The translations under genes and the position numbers were made by a program. Positions 16,515-24,490 of a stretch of 57,821 nt of DNA are shown in pieces. The stretch lies in the NCBI GenBank assembly GCA_031406075.1, contig JANOGP010000215.1, forward strand, positions 1 to 57,821, in the 5' to 3' direction. Each line of letters starts with the position of its first letter. Position 1 is the first letter of the stretch. The notes beneath the pieces were generated by a model. The model ran no database searches, was not told where the DNA came from, and saw only the letters and a program-made list of their open reading frames with translations. This DNA is from Betaproteobacteria bacterium (GTDB taxonomy: Bacteria; Pseudomonadota; Gammaproteobacteria; Burkholderiales; JACQAP01).

Positions 16515-19406
16515 CTAGGCGCGAGTGAACCGGCAAAGGGTCACCTTGGTTTCCTGCATCATGGTGACCGAATCGTAGCCATAGGTCGTTGCGGTGTTCA
16601 CCGCCTCACCGCGTACGAAAGGCGCCGCGCCTTGTGGATATTTTTCCAGCAGGTCCTTGCCCTGCCACCAGCCGCCGAAGTGATAGGGCATGAACATCAC
16701 GCCGGGCGCGACCCGCTCGGTGATCTGCGCCTTTACCTTGATGCGCGCCTTGCTGGGGGTCTCGACCCAGACGTACTCGTCCTTGCGGACACCCTGGTCG
16801 TTGGCGTCCTTCGGGTTGATCTCCGCGAACATTTCCTGTTGCAGTTCCGCCAGCCAGGGATTGGAGCGCGTTTCCTCGCCGCCGCCCTCGTATTCGACCA
16901 GACGACCGCTGGTCAGGATGATCGGGTACTCCTTGCCGATATTCTTGTTCTGCTCCTGCACCGAACGGAACAGCGTCGGCAGGCGCCAGAACGTTTTCAT
17001 GTCATTGTGGCTCGGGTACTTTTCAACCAGATCGGCGCGCGGGGAGAACAACGGCTCGCGGTGCACCGGCACCGGGTCGGGGAAATTCCACACCACCGCG
17101 CGCGCCCTGGCGTTGCCGAACGGCGCGCAGCCGTGCTTGATCGCCACGCGGATGATCCCGCCGGAGAGATCGGTCTTCCAGTTCTTGCCTTCCGCCTTCT
17201 GCTTTTCCTCGGGCGTGAGGTCGTCCCACCAGCCCAGTTTCTTCAGCAGCACGTGGTCGAACTCGGGGTAGCCGCCGTCGAGGTCGGAATTTTTCGGTTG
17301 GGAACCGTCGCCAGCAAGCAGGTTGACGCCGTTGCGCTCGACGCCGAAATTGGCGCGGAAGCACAGTCCGCCGTCCTTCACCTCCTTGGAGGTGTCGTAC
17401 AGAATGGGGGTGCCGGGGTGTTTCATCTCCGGCGTGCCCCAGCACGGCCACGGCAGGCCAAAGTAATCGCCATCGCAGGGCCCGCCCTTCGCCCGCAGCG
17501 TTACCACGTCGAAGGTGTGCATGTTCTTCATGTGCAGCTTGAGGCGCTCCGGCGACTGGCCGCTATAACCGATGGTCCAGGTGCCCTTGTTGATTTCCCG
17601 GAGAATGGCTTCCGGCACCGGCTCTTCCCAGCCGTCCTTGCCTTTGGTCAACGCGATGTTCTTGACCAGTTCCTTCTCGAAGCCGAATTTCCTGGCGAAG
17701 GCATACATGATCGTGTGGTCGGGCTTCGACTCGAACAGCGGATCGATCACTTTCTCCCGCCACTGCAGCGAGCGATTCGAGGCGGTACAGGAGCCGGAGG
17801 TTTCAAACTGCGTCGCCGCAGGCAGCAAATAGACGCCGTCCTTGCGATCCGGCATCACCGCCGCGGCGGTTGGATACGGATCGATGATCACCATCAGGTC
17901 GAGCTTCTCCATCGCCTGCTTCATTTCCGTGCCGCGGGTCTGGCTGTTGGCGGCGTGGCCCCAGTAAATCAGCGCGCGCAGGTTGGATTCCTGGTCGATA
18001 TACTCGTTGGCCTCCAGTACGCCGTCGACCCAGCGCGACACTGTCATGCCGGACTTTTCCATCATGGCCTGGGAAGGGTAGCGGCTCTTCACCCATTCGT
18101 AATCCACACCCCAAACCGTGCACCAGTGCTTCCACGCGCCTTCGGCAAGACCGTAGTACCCGGGCAGCGATTCCGGATTGGGGCCGACATCGGTCGCGCC
18201 CTGGACGTTGTCGTGACCGCGGAATATGTTTGCCCCGCCACCGGAAACGCCGATGTTGCCGAGCGCCAGCTCGAAGATGCAAAGCGCGCGCACATTGGCG
18301 TTGCCGACCGTATGCTGGGTGATGCCCATGCACCACACCACCGTGCCCGGGCGGTTCTCGTGCATGATCTTCGCCACGTTGAACACGTCCTTCTCGTCCA
18401 CCCCGCTGACGTCCTTCACGCGCTCGGGAGTCCAGTGCATGACTTCCTTGCGCACGTCTTCCATGCCGTAGACGCGGTCGCGGATGAACTGCTTGTCTTC
18501 CCAGCCGTTCTTGAAGATGTGATAGAGCACGCCCCAGATGAAGGGAATGTCGGTACCCGGGCGAATGCGCACGAAATGGTCGGCCTTGGCAGCGGTGCGG
18601 GTGAAGCGCGGATCCACCACGATCATTTTCGAACCCTTCTCCTTGGCGTGCAGCACGTGCAGCATCGCCACCGGATGCGCCTCCGCGGCGTTGCTGCCGA
18701 TGAACAGCATCGCCTTGGAGTTCTGCATGTCGTTGTAGGAGTTGGTCATCGCGCCGTAACCCCAGGTATTCGCCACGCCGGCCACCGTGGTCGAGTGGCA
18801 GATGCGCGCCTGGTGATCGCAGTTGTTGGAGCCCCAGAAGGAGACGAACTTGCGCAACAGGTAGGCCTGCTCGTTGCTGTGCTTCGAGGAACCTACCCAA
18901 AACACCGCGTCCGGGCCGCTGGCGCCGCGAATTTCCAGCAGCTTGTCGCCGACTTCATTGATGGCCTGTTCCCAGGAAATCCGCTGATATTTGCCGTCGA
19001 CCAGTTTCATCGGGTATTTCAGGCGCCGCTCGCCATGGCCGTGCTCGCGCACCGCAGCACCTTTGGCACAGTGCGCTCCCAGATTGATGGGGGAATCAAA
19101 AACCGGCTCCTGGCGGATCCAGACGCCGTTTTGCACCACCGCATCGACCGCGCAGCCAACCGAGCAGTGGGTGCAGACGGTGCGATGCACTTCGGTTGCG
19201 CCGCCCTTGGCGGCCGCCGATTCGGCTGTCGCCCTGCCGATCATGTTGAACGGCAACTGGCTGACGGCAGCGCCCAGCCCGACGGTCAGCCCGGAACGTT
19301 TTAAGAACGTGCGGCGGTCCATGGTGCCCGCCGGTACCGCCTGGACAAACCGGGAAAGACGCGACGGCTGCGCCGCGCCTGCGGGTAATTTTCTGGTGAG
19401 TTGCAT
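16515..19406 (-). CDS. fdhA: Periplasmic (Tat-exported) formate dehydrogenase catalytic alpha subunit, Cys-type
   Basis: 963 aa. Tat motif MDRRTFLKRSGLTVGLGAA, N-terminal 4Fe-4S site CTHCSVGC, active-site ..CDHQARICHSTTV.. with Cys where E. coli FdnG has Sec. AGGAGG lies 4 nt before the ATG at 19406; an alternative start is at 19322. Confidence 0.93.
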   Translation of the reverse strand: MQLTRKLPAGAAQPSRLSRFVQAVPAGTMDRRTFLKRSGLTVGLGAAVSQLPFNMIGRATAESAAAKGGATEVHRTVCTHCSVGCAVDAVVQNGVWIRQEPVFDSPINLGAHCAKGAAVREHGHGERRLKYPMKLVDGKYQRISWEQAINEVGDKLLEIRGASGPDAVFWVGSSKHSNEQAYLLRKFVSFWGSNNCDHQARICHSTTVAGVANTWGYGAMTNSYNDMQNSKAMLFIGSNAAEAHPVAMLHVLHAKEKGSKMIVVDPRFTRTAAKADHFVRIRPGTDIPFIWGVLYHIFKNGWEDKQFIRDRVYGMEDVRKEVMHWTPERVKDVSGVDEKDVFNVAKIMHENRPGTVVWCMGITQHTVGNANVRALCIFELALGNIGVSGGGANIFRGHDNVQGATDVGPNPESLPGYYGLAEGAWKHWCTVWGVDYEWVKSRYPSQAMMEKSGMTVSRWVDGVLEANEYIDQESNLRALIYWGHAANSQTRGTEMKQAMEKLDLMVIIDPYPTAAAVMPDRKDGVYLLPAATQFETSGSCTASNRSLQWREKVIDPLFESKPDHTIMYAFARKFGFEKELVKNIALTKGKDGWEEPVPEAILREINKGTWTIGYSGQSPERLKLHMKNMHTFDVVTLRAKGGPCDGDYFGLPWPCWGTPEMKHPGTPILYDTSKEVKDGGLCFRANFGVERNGVNLLAGDGSQPKNSDLDGGYPEFDHVLLKKLGWWDDLTPEEKQKAEGKNWKTDLSGGIIRVAIKHGCAPFGNARARAVVWNFPDPVPVHREPLFSPRADLVEKYPSHNDMKTFWRLPTLFRSVQEQNKNIGKEYPIILTSGRLVEYEGGGEETRSNPWLAELQQEMFAEINPKDANDQGVRKDEYVWVETPSKARIKVKAQITERVAPGVMFMPYHFGGWWQGKDLLEKYPQGAAPFVRGEAVNTATTYGYDSVTMMQETKVTLCRFTRA

Positions 19407-19420
19407 AACGCCTCCTGCGC

Positions 19421-19615
19421 CTAAACGCGGGTGGTCCGGTAGTACTTGCGGATATGGGCGGAGACGCGGTAAGCCTTGGACCCGGGCTGTGCCGTGTTTG
19501 CGGCAGGCTGCGCGGGTTGCCGCTGCTCTCCGGCCACCGCGCCGGCCACCGCGCCGGCGCCGCCCAGCCCCAAGGCGATAAGGAAGTTCCTGCGATCGAC
19601 CTTTGGCTTGCTCAT
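19421..19615 (-). CDS. Small Tat-signal protein of the 'formate dehydrogenase region TAT target' type
   Basis: 64 aa. SD GGAGGAG. MSKPKVDRRNFLIALGLGGAGAVAGAVAG is a twin-arginine signal followed by only about 35 residues. It lies immediately upstream of the catalytic subunit. Confidence 0.65.
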   Translation of the reverse strand: MSKPKVDRRNFLIALGLGGAGAVAGAVAGEQRQPAQPAANTAQPGSKAYRVSAHIRKYYRTTRV

Positions 19616-19657
19616 CGGTCTCCTCCGTCGTATTCCCGTTATCTTCGGTTTTCGGTT

Positions 19658-20287
19658 CTAGTAAGTCTCGAACAATGCCGCCTCGGTGTCCAGAAACGTC
19701 TTGGTCAGCTCTCCGGCGGCGCGGTAAAAGTTGGCGCTCGGCGCCTTTGCCAGTTGCTCGGCGAAGCGCGCATACCAGGGCCGCAGGTGGCGCGTGAAAA
19801 AAGCTTTCTGGATCTCGAACGCGGCCGCCGGAATTCCGTCGCCGCCCCGCACCAGAAGCCGCATTACTTCGGCAAGCGCGGCGATGTGATCTTCCGGCTC
19901 TGCCGCAGATTGTAAGCGAGAAAGTCCAAGTTGAGCGAGATCGTCGCGCAGTCTGGCCAGCGGCTCCTCCATCAGAAAACCGGTGAGATGCCAGGAGCCG
20001 TAGGCCATCACCTCGCCGCTGCCGACACCCACGAACAGGTCCTGAAACTCCTGCGCCAGAGCCTCCGGGTCCGCGGCCGAAGCCGCCGACTGCAGCTTGC
20101 GCCAGGCCTCGCCCACGACGCTGTGTGGCGCTTCGGCCGACACATCGTCCGCGTTTGCCAACACCGCGAGCAGGCCGGCATCCGGTGCAGCGTGATATAG
20201 ATTCGCCAGCAGCGCATAAATGTCCGCCCGGGCCGCGTCCTCGGGGGTCGGCTCCTCGAACTTGCGCGGTGCGGCGGCGGCACTCAT
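19658..20287 (-). CDS. TorD/DmsD-family redox-enzyme maturation chaperone
   Basis: Start MSAAAAPRKF.. overlaps the upstream stop (ATGA). ..ARADIYALLANLYH.. and the helical composition are typical of the TorD / nitrate reductase delta family. Confidence 0.75.
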   Translation of the reverse strand: MSAAAAPRKFEEPTPEDAARADIYALLANLYHAAPDAGLLAVLANADDVSAEAPHSVVGEAWRKLQSAASAADPEALAQEFQDLFVGVGSGEVMAYGSWHLTGFLMEEPLARLRDDLAQLGLSRLQSAAEPEDHIAALAEVMRLLVRGGDGIPAAAFEIQKAFFTRHLRPWYARFAEQLAKAPSANFYRAAGELTKTFLDTEAALFETY

Positions 20288-22359
20288 CGTTTGAGATCGA
20301 GCACGCTGACCTCGCCTCCTTTTTCGATCATTTCCACGACCCGGCAGTCCCCGCACATCTTCATGCGTTCGAGCGCTCCGGGCGCGGAGAACATCGAGTG
20401 GCCGGCAATTTTGACGAGCATGCTCTGCAGCATCCGCTGGGTGCCGAATTCCTTGCCGCAGCGGGTGCAGTGAAAAGGCTGGTCCTGGTTCAGCACCCGC
20501 TCCGCCTTTGCGTCCTTGCCGACCAACAATCGCGGCACCAGTGCAATGGCGTTTTCCGGACAGGCCTGTTCACATAGTCCGCACTGAACGCAGTTGGCCT
20601 CGACGAAGCGCAGTTGCGGCTGGTCGCGGCCGTCGGCGAGCGCGGCTTCCGGACAGGTCCCGACGCAGGCCATGCACATGGTGCAGGTGTCAAGATTGAC
20701 CTCGATTTCGCCGAACGGCGCGCCGGACGACAGGGGAATCACCGTCTGCGGCGTGGGCGCGTGGGTGGCCAGATGCTCGATGGTGAATGCCAGAGAAGTA
20801 CGCTTGTCATCGAACAAGCGAAATTCGGCAGGCTCCGCCGGACCTTGCGCCGCATCGAGACTCCAGATGCGCTGCTCCAGCGCGTGCAGATCTCGGGTCA
20901 CGATGAGTTCGAAATGGCTGCCCTGGTAACCGAAGGCCCGCAGGATCTCCTCGCCAAAGCCCATCTGCCGGCGCAGCGCATCGAAGTAACCGGGCGCCTC
21001 GCTGCCCGCAGCAGCCACGATCACCTGCCCGGCGCCGAGCGCAACCGCACCGAGCAACAGATCGAGCCCAAGCGAAGCAACGTGGAAAGTTTCGACCGGG
21101 ATCACCCGCGCAGGCAATCCGCGGCGGCGGCCAAGCTTCAGAATCAATTCGCGTCCGTCGGTGCCGTTGTGGAACAGCAGGCAGGCGTCTTTGCCGCCGG
21201 CCTCGCGATAAGTGCCGAGCATCACCCGCAGCTTTTCGCCCTGGAACGACATTTTCGGGTAGGCATAGCTCATCGCCCCGGACGGGCAGACGCTGGCACA
21301 GGCACCGCAGCCCATGCACAAATGCGGGTTTACCTTGACGCGATCGCCGTCGGCTGAAATCGCCTGTGTCGAGCAAATGTCGATGCACTGGTTGCAGCCC
21401 TTGAGTTTTGAGCGGCTGTGCGCGCAGATTTTCGCGTCATACTGGAAATAGCGCGGTTTCTCGAATTCGCCGGTCGCGGTGACGACTTCCTTGATGGCCC
21501 TGGCCTGCGCCGCCAGATCGCCTCCGGGCGCAAAATAGCCCTGCGGCGGCTGCGGCATCGAGAACAGCATCTGATCGGAGAGGTTCAGGATCAGATCGAA
21601 CCGGTCGCTGCGCGCGCGCTCCTTGCGATCGAAATCGATTGCCCCGATATCGCCGCAGGCCGCCACGCACTGGCGGTGGCTCCTGCACTTGTCCAGATCG
21701 ATCTGGTACAGAAGGTCTATCGCCTGTTCCGGACAGGCGCGCACGCAGGCGTTGCAGCGGGTACAGACCTCGAGATCGATCGGGTTACCCTGTTCCCAGG
21801 CGACATTGAAGTTGCCGAAATAGCCCTCGACCCGTGTCACTCTGCCAGACATCACCGCGAAGCGGCGATCCACCGGCAGTTCGCCGCCGCCGCCGCTTAT
21901 CAGCACCGACACATCGAGCGTATCGGCCAATTCACCCGCCCAGGCCAGCGCCGGCCCGGCGTCGCCGACGATCAGAAGTTTGCCCTCAGAATGATAAGAG
22001 ACGCTTGGAACGGGATCAGCGTCGGGAAGTCGTGCCGCGGCCAGCAGGGCCGCGATCTTGGGCGTAGCCGTGGTGCCTTCTTCCGACCATCCGGCCTGCT
22101 CGCGCAGATTGACAAAGCGCAGGCTCCGCTGCGAGTCCGGATCTGCGATCTGTTCGAACAGGGCGGCCTCCTGCGTGCAGCCGACGACGATCTCGCCTTG
22201 TTGCTTGAGGGATCCGGCGACCACAGAGGCATGGCCGCGACACAAATCGCGATACACGGTCACCGGCTGTTTCTCGTGCAGCGCGCGCTGCAATGCGGCG
22301 GCGTCCAGTGTGGACGTGCCGTTGCAGCTGCATAGCAGATATTTAGATTCGGTAGACAC
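20284..22359 (-). CDS. Large (691 aa) multi-cluster 4Fe-4S ferredoxin-domain protein associated with FDH
   Basis: At least six CxxCxxCxxxCP-type motifs (CTRCNACVRACP, CNQCIDICS, CMGCGACASVCP, CTMCMACVGTCP, CVQCGLCEQACP, ...). The GTG at 22359 is chosen 1 nt after the DUF3306 stop (N-terminus ..STESKYLLCSCNGT). The upstream part of the ORF overlaps the DUF3306 gene. Confidence 0.8.
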   Translation of the reverse strand: MSTESKYLLCSCNGTSTLDAAALQRALHEKQPVTVYRDLCRGHASVVAGSLKQQGEIVVGCTQEAALFEQIADPDSQRSLRFVNLREQAGWSEEGTTATPKIAALLAAARLPDADPVPSVSYHSEGKLLIVGDAGPALAWAGELADTLDVSVLISGGGGELPVDRRFAVMSGRVTRVEGYFGNFNVAWEQGNPIDLEVCTRCNACVRACPEQAIDLLYQIDLDKCRSHRQCVAACGDIGAIDFDRKERARSDRFDLILNLSDQMLFSMPQPPQGYFAPGGDLAAQARAIKEVVTATGEFEKPRYFQYDAKICAHSRSKLKGCNQCIDICSTQAISADGDRVKVNPHLCMGCGACASVCPSGAMSYAYPKMSFQGEKLRVMLGTYREAGGKDACLLFHNGTDGRELILKLGRRRGLPARVIPVETFHVASLGLDLLLGAVALGAGQVIVAAAGSEAPGYFDALRRQMGFGEEILRAFGYQGSHFELIVTRDLHALEQRIWSLDAAQGPAEPAEFRLFDDKRTSLAFTIEHLATHAPTPQTVIPLSSGAPFGEIEVNLDTCTMCMACVGTCPEAALADGRDQPQLRFVEANCVQCGLCEQACPENAIALVPRLLVGKDAKAERVLNQDQPFHCTRCGKEFGTQRMLQSMLVKIAGHSMFSAPGALERMKMCGDCRVVEMIEKGGEVSVLDLKR

Positions 22360-22360
22360 C

Positions 22361-22843
22361 TTAACCCTGATCAGATGGTTCCACGTGTCCGTCCGCCGGT
22401 TTTGTTTCCTGATCTTTGGACGCTGCTTCCGCGGTTTTGACTTTAGCCGTTTCGGCTTTGGGTTCCACCACCAGCGGCATTCCTGAATCCGCCGGCGCAT
22501 CGGATTTTTCACCTGCGAACAGCCCCCGGGCATGCACCAGCCCGGCCAGCATTGCGGCAGGCAGCGGATCGGGGGATGAATAGTCGCCGACGTAAACGTC
22601 CAGACCATCGGTGGCACGGTAGTGCGGACTCATGAACAGCTTCTTCAGCGCCGCCTTGCGCGTCTCGCGATCTACTTCGGGACGCATGAAGTCCTTGAAG
22701 TCGGAATCGAAAGCGAGGTCATCGACAGACGGCAGTTGCGGCGACGCCATGGAGTCGACTTGCACCGATTCGGCTTCGCTCGCCTGCGCGGATTCGTGCT
22801 TGCGCCGCGACCAGCGGCGCAGGAAAGTTTCTTCGTCGCTCAC
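22361..22843 (-). CDS. DUF3306-like protein
   Basis: (V)SDEETFLRRWSRRK.. at the N-terminus and ..LKKLFMSPHYRATDGLDVYVGDY.. at the C-terminus match my recollection of DUF3306. The GTG at 22843 overlaps the DUF3305 stop (GTGA). Confidence 0.65.
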   Translation of the reverse strand: MSDEETFLRRWSRRKHESAQASEAESVQVDSMASPQLPSVDDLAFDSDFKDFMRPEVDRETRKAALKKLFMSPHYRATDGLDVYVGDYSSPDPLPAAMLAGLVHARGLFAGEKSDAPADSGMPLVVEPKAETAKVKTAEAASKDQETKPADGHVEPSDQG

Positions 22844-23322
22844 CGGTTCACTCCCACGCGTTGGTCGCGCTTGCGCACCTTCTTCGGTTCCGGACGGTAA
22901 TGTTGCTCCACGAAGCCCGCCACCCAATGCGCCATCCCGACCGGCATCGCTACGGCGTCAACCTGCTCGCCGGCGTCCAGCAACCGCGCAGCTTCGTGGT
23001 AGCTTACCGTGACTGAATGGGGCTGCGGCTCTTCACCCTGCATGCGCCACATCACGAATACTTTCGGCTGTGGCGCATTCAAATTCAGGTAATAACCTTC
23101 CGCCTCATCGCGATGCAGTTCGATTGCGCAGCCGTCGAAAAGCACCTGGCGTGCGGACTCGTCTTCGATGAGGACACGCTGAGCAGGCGCCGTCGCATCA
23201 CTGGCCACCACGCCGCGCGCTTCCCACTTGAACGAAGCCCACTTGCTGGCCAGCGGCTGGCGCGCCATGACGACGCCGACGACAAGACGCTCAGGTTTCA
23301 TCATTTCTACCGTTATGACCAC
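22840..23322 (-). CDS. DUF3305-like protein (first gene of the FDH-associated operon)
   Basis: 160-aa ORF with ..VVMARQPLASKWASFKWEARGVV.. and ..EAEGYYLNLN... It is positioned as in DUF3305/DUF3306/ferredoxin clusters. The start is uncertain (ATGs at 23322, 23304 and 23301). Confidence 0.6.
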   Translation of the reverse strand: MVITVEMMKPERLVVGVVMARQPLASKWASFKWEARGVVASDATAPAQRVLIEDESARQVLFDGCAIELHRDEAEGYYLNLNAPQPKVFVMWRMQGEEPQPHSVTVSYHEAARLLDAGEQVDAVAMPVGMAHWVAGFVEQHYRPEPKKVRKRDQRVGVNR

Positions 23323-23573
23323 ACAGAGAGCAATAGTTTCTCTGGCTTCCAGAACGAATTATAGAGACCCTGGAACGCTGCATGCAGAATACCGGCAACA
23401 AGGCTGTCGCGGTCCAGCCTTTTGGCAACCCCGGGGCAAAAATTGTCGACCTCACCCTACCCGCGTCATGGAAATATGTGCGACAACATGGCAAAGGCAG
23501 GAATTTGCGATAATTTCGACCATCGACCTCGCCGCGCCGCGTCAGAACTGCGCTCCCATTCATTCGTTTCCGC

Positions 23574-24380
23574 ATGCACAGACCCGTCCTGACATCCGCA
23601 AGCCGCCCGCTCACTTTCATCGTGGAAGCGCGCAACGAACGTGGTGAAATCGAAGCCACATCCATCGCCGGCGAGCATCCCCTGACACTTTACGTGGACA
23701 AACGTGAGATCGTTACCCTGATGACACTCGGCGGGGCGCCCGAGGCTTTGGCGATCGGCTATCTGCGCAACCAGCGCCTGGTGGATCGCCTCCAAAACAT
23801 CAAATCGGTGCAGGTGGACTGGGAAGCCAACGCGGTCGCTGTCGTAACCCGCAGCGGCCTCAAGGATGCGGAACGCAAGATGGGTAAGCGCACGGTGACC
23901 ACGGGCTGCGGCCAGGGCACGGTATTCGGCGAACTGATGGAAGAGATCGACAAGGTCGCGCTGCCTGCGGACGCGGCGCTTGACGAGGCGGATTTTTTCG
24001 GGCTGCTTGAAGCTGTGCGCAAACGCGACTCCGTCTACAAGCAGGCCGGCGCGGTGCACGGCTGTGCGTTGTGCAAAGGCGCGGAAATCCTGATGTTCGT
24101 CGAGGATGTCGGCCGTCATAACGCGGTGGATGCAATCGCCGGGCAGATGTGGCTGGACCGCATCGACGGTGGCGACAAGGTGTTCTACACCACCGGGCGG
24201 CTGACTTCGGAAATGGTGATCAAATGCGCGCAGATGGGCATACCGATTCTGGTGTCGCGCTCCGGACTCACGCAGATGGGTTACGAAATCGCGCAGAAAG
24301 TCGGCCTCACGATGATCGGCCGGGCAACGGGAAAACACTACCTTCTTTTCACCGGCGAACACCGGTTCAGAAAAGACTAG
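23574..24380 (+). CDS. fdhD: Formate dehydrogenase accessory sulfurtransferase FdhD
   Basis: 268 aa with ..EHPLTLYVDKREIVTLMTLGGAPEALAIGYLRNQRL.., ..VTTGCGQG.. and ..EDVGRHNAVD.. motifs. Confidence 0.9.
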   Translation: MHRPVLTSASRPLTFIVEARNERGEIEATSIAGEHPLTLYVDKREIVTLMTLGGAPEALAIGYLRNQRLVDRLQNIKSVQVDWEANAVAVVTRSGLKDAERKMGKRTVTTGCGQGTVFGELMEEIDKVALPADAALDEADFFGLLEAVRKRDSVYKQAGAVHGCALCKGAEILMFVEDVGRHNAVDAIAGQMWLDRIDGGDKVFYTTGRLTSEMVIKCAQMGIPILVSRSGLTQMGYEIAQKVGLTMIGRATGKHYLLFTGEHRFRKD

Positions 24381-24383
24381 GCA

Positions 24384-24478
24384 CGAGGTGTGAGGTGCGA
24401 GGTTCGAGTAAAAATACTGCGCAGCCATCGGCTGCATCGAGTTCCACTCGGCCCTCGGCCCTCGACCCTCGGCCCTCT
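24384..24478. repeat. Heptad-periodic purine-rich and pyrimidine-rich arms flanking a small hairpin; possibly a degenerate member of the iterated-arm element family
   Basis: Left arm CGAGGTGT GAGGTGC GAGGTTC GAG. Central hairpin GCAGCC-atc-GGCTGC. Right arm CTCGGCC CTCGGCC CTCGACC CTCGGCC CTC. Only the GAGG/CCTC blocks are complementary. Confidence 0.4.
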
Positions 24479-24490
24479 GGCATTGTAGCG

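Noticed and set aside
16632-19304. 890-aa ORF on the plus strand opposite the periplasmic FDH alpha gene. Similar long antisense ORFs occur at 10618..12069, 27550..29715, 50285..52129, 2792..3892 and 13602..14627.
   Set aside because: These are Arg/Ala/Gly/His-rich, motif-less translations lying exactly antisense to well-recognised genes. They are typical shadow ORFs of GC-rich DNA, with no SD or family signature.
16515-19406. Possible selenocysteine (in-frame TGA plus SECIS) in the formate dehydrogenase alpha subunits.
   Set aside because: Both alpha ORFs are uninterrupted. They carry Cys at the catalytic position (ARICHSTTV and CTRLCHASSV), so no recoding is needed.
23371-23438. Sigma-54-like GG-N10-GC motifs upstream of fdhD (TGGAACGCTGCATGCA at 23371..23386 and TGGCAACCCCGGGGCA at 23423..23438). 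A third lies on the minus strand upstream of the amidohydrolase (TGGCCGAAAATAAGCA, 4076..4091).
   Set aside because: The spacing fits, but the -12 elements are imperfect. No enhancer-binding-protein gene is nearby. Such matches are expected by chance in GC-rich intergenic DNA. They are kept only as weak candidates.
23323-23573. Possible Moco/Wco riboswitch in the divergent region between the FDH-associated operon and fdhD.
   Set aside because: I could not recognise the conserved Moco-motif elements by eye. I saw only a generic 7-bp hairpin (AAGGCTG..CAGCCTT) and a minus-strand TATAAT (23358..23363). A covariance-model search is needed before any claim.
24149-24490. The 309-aa ORF suggesting a MobA with a 110-residue N-terminal extension overlapping fdhD.
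   Set aside because: The upstream part overlaps the fdhD coding sequence in another frame and then reads through the heptad repeat element. The MobA homology begins at ..VTGVILAGG..
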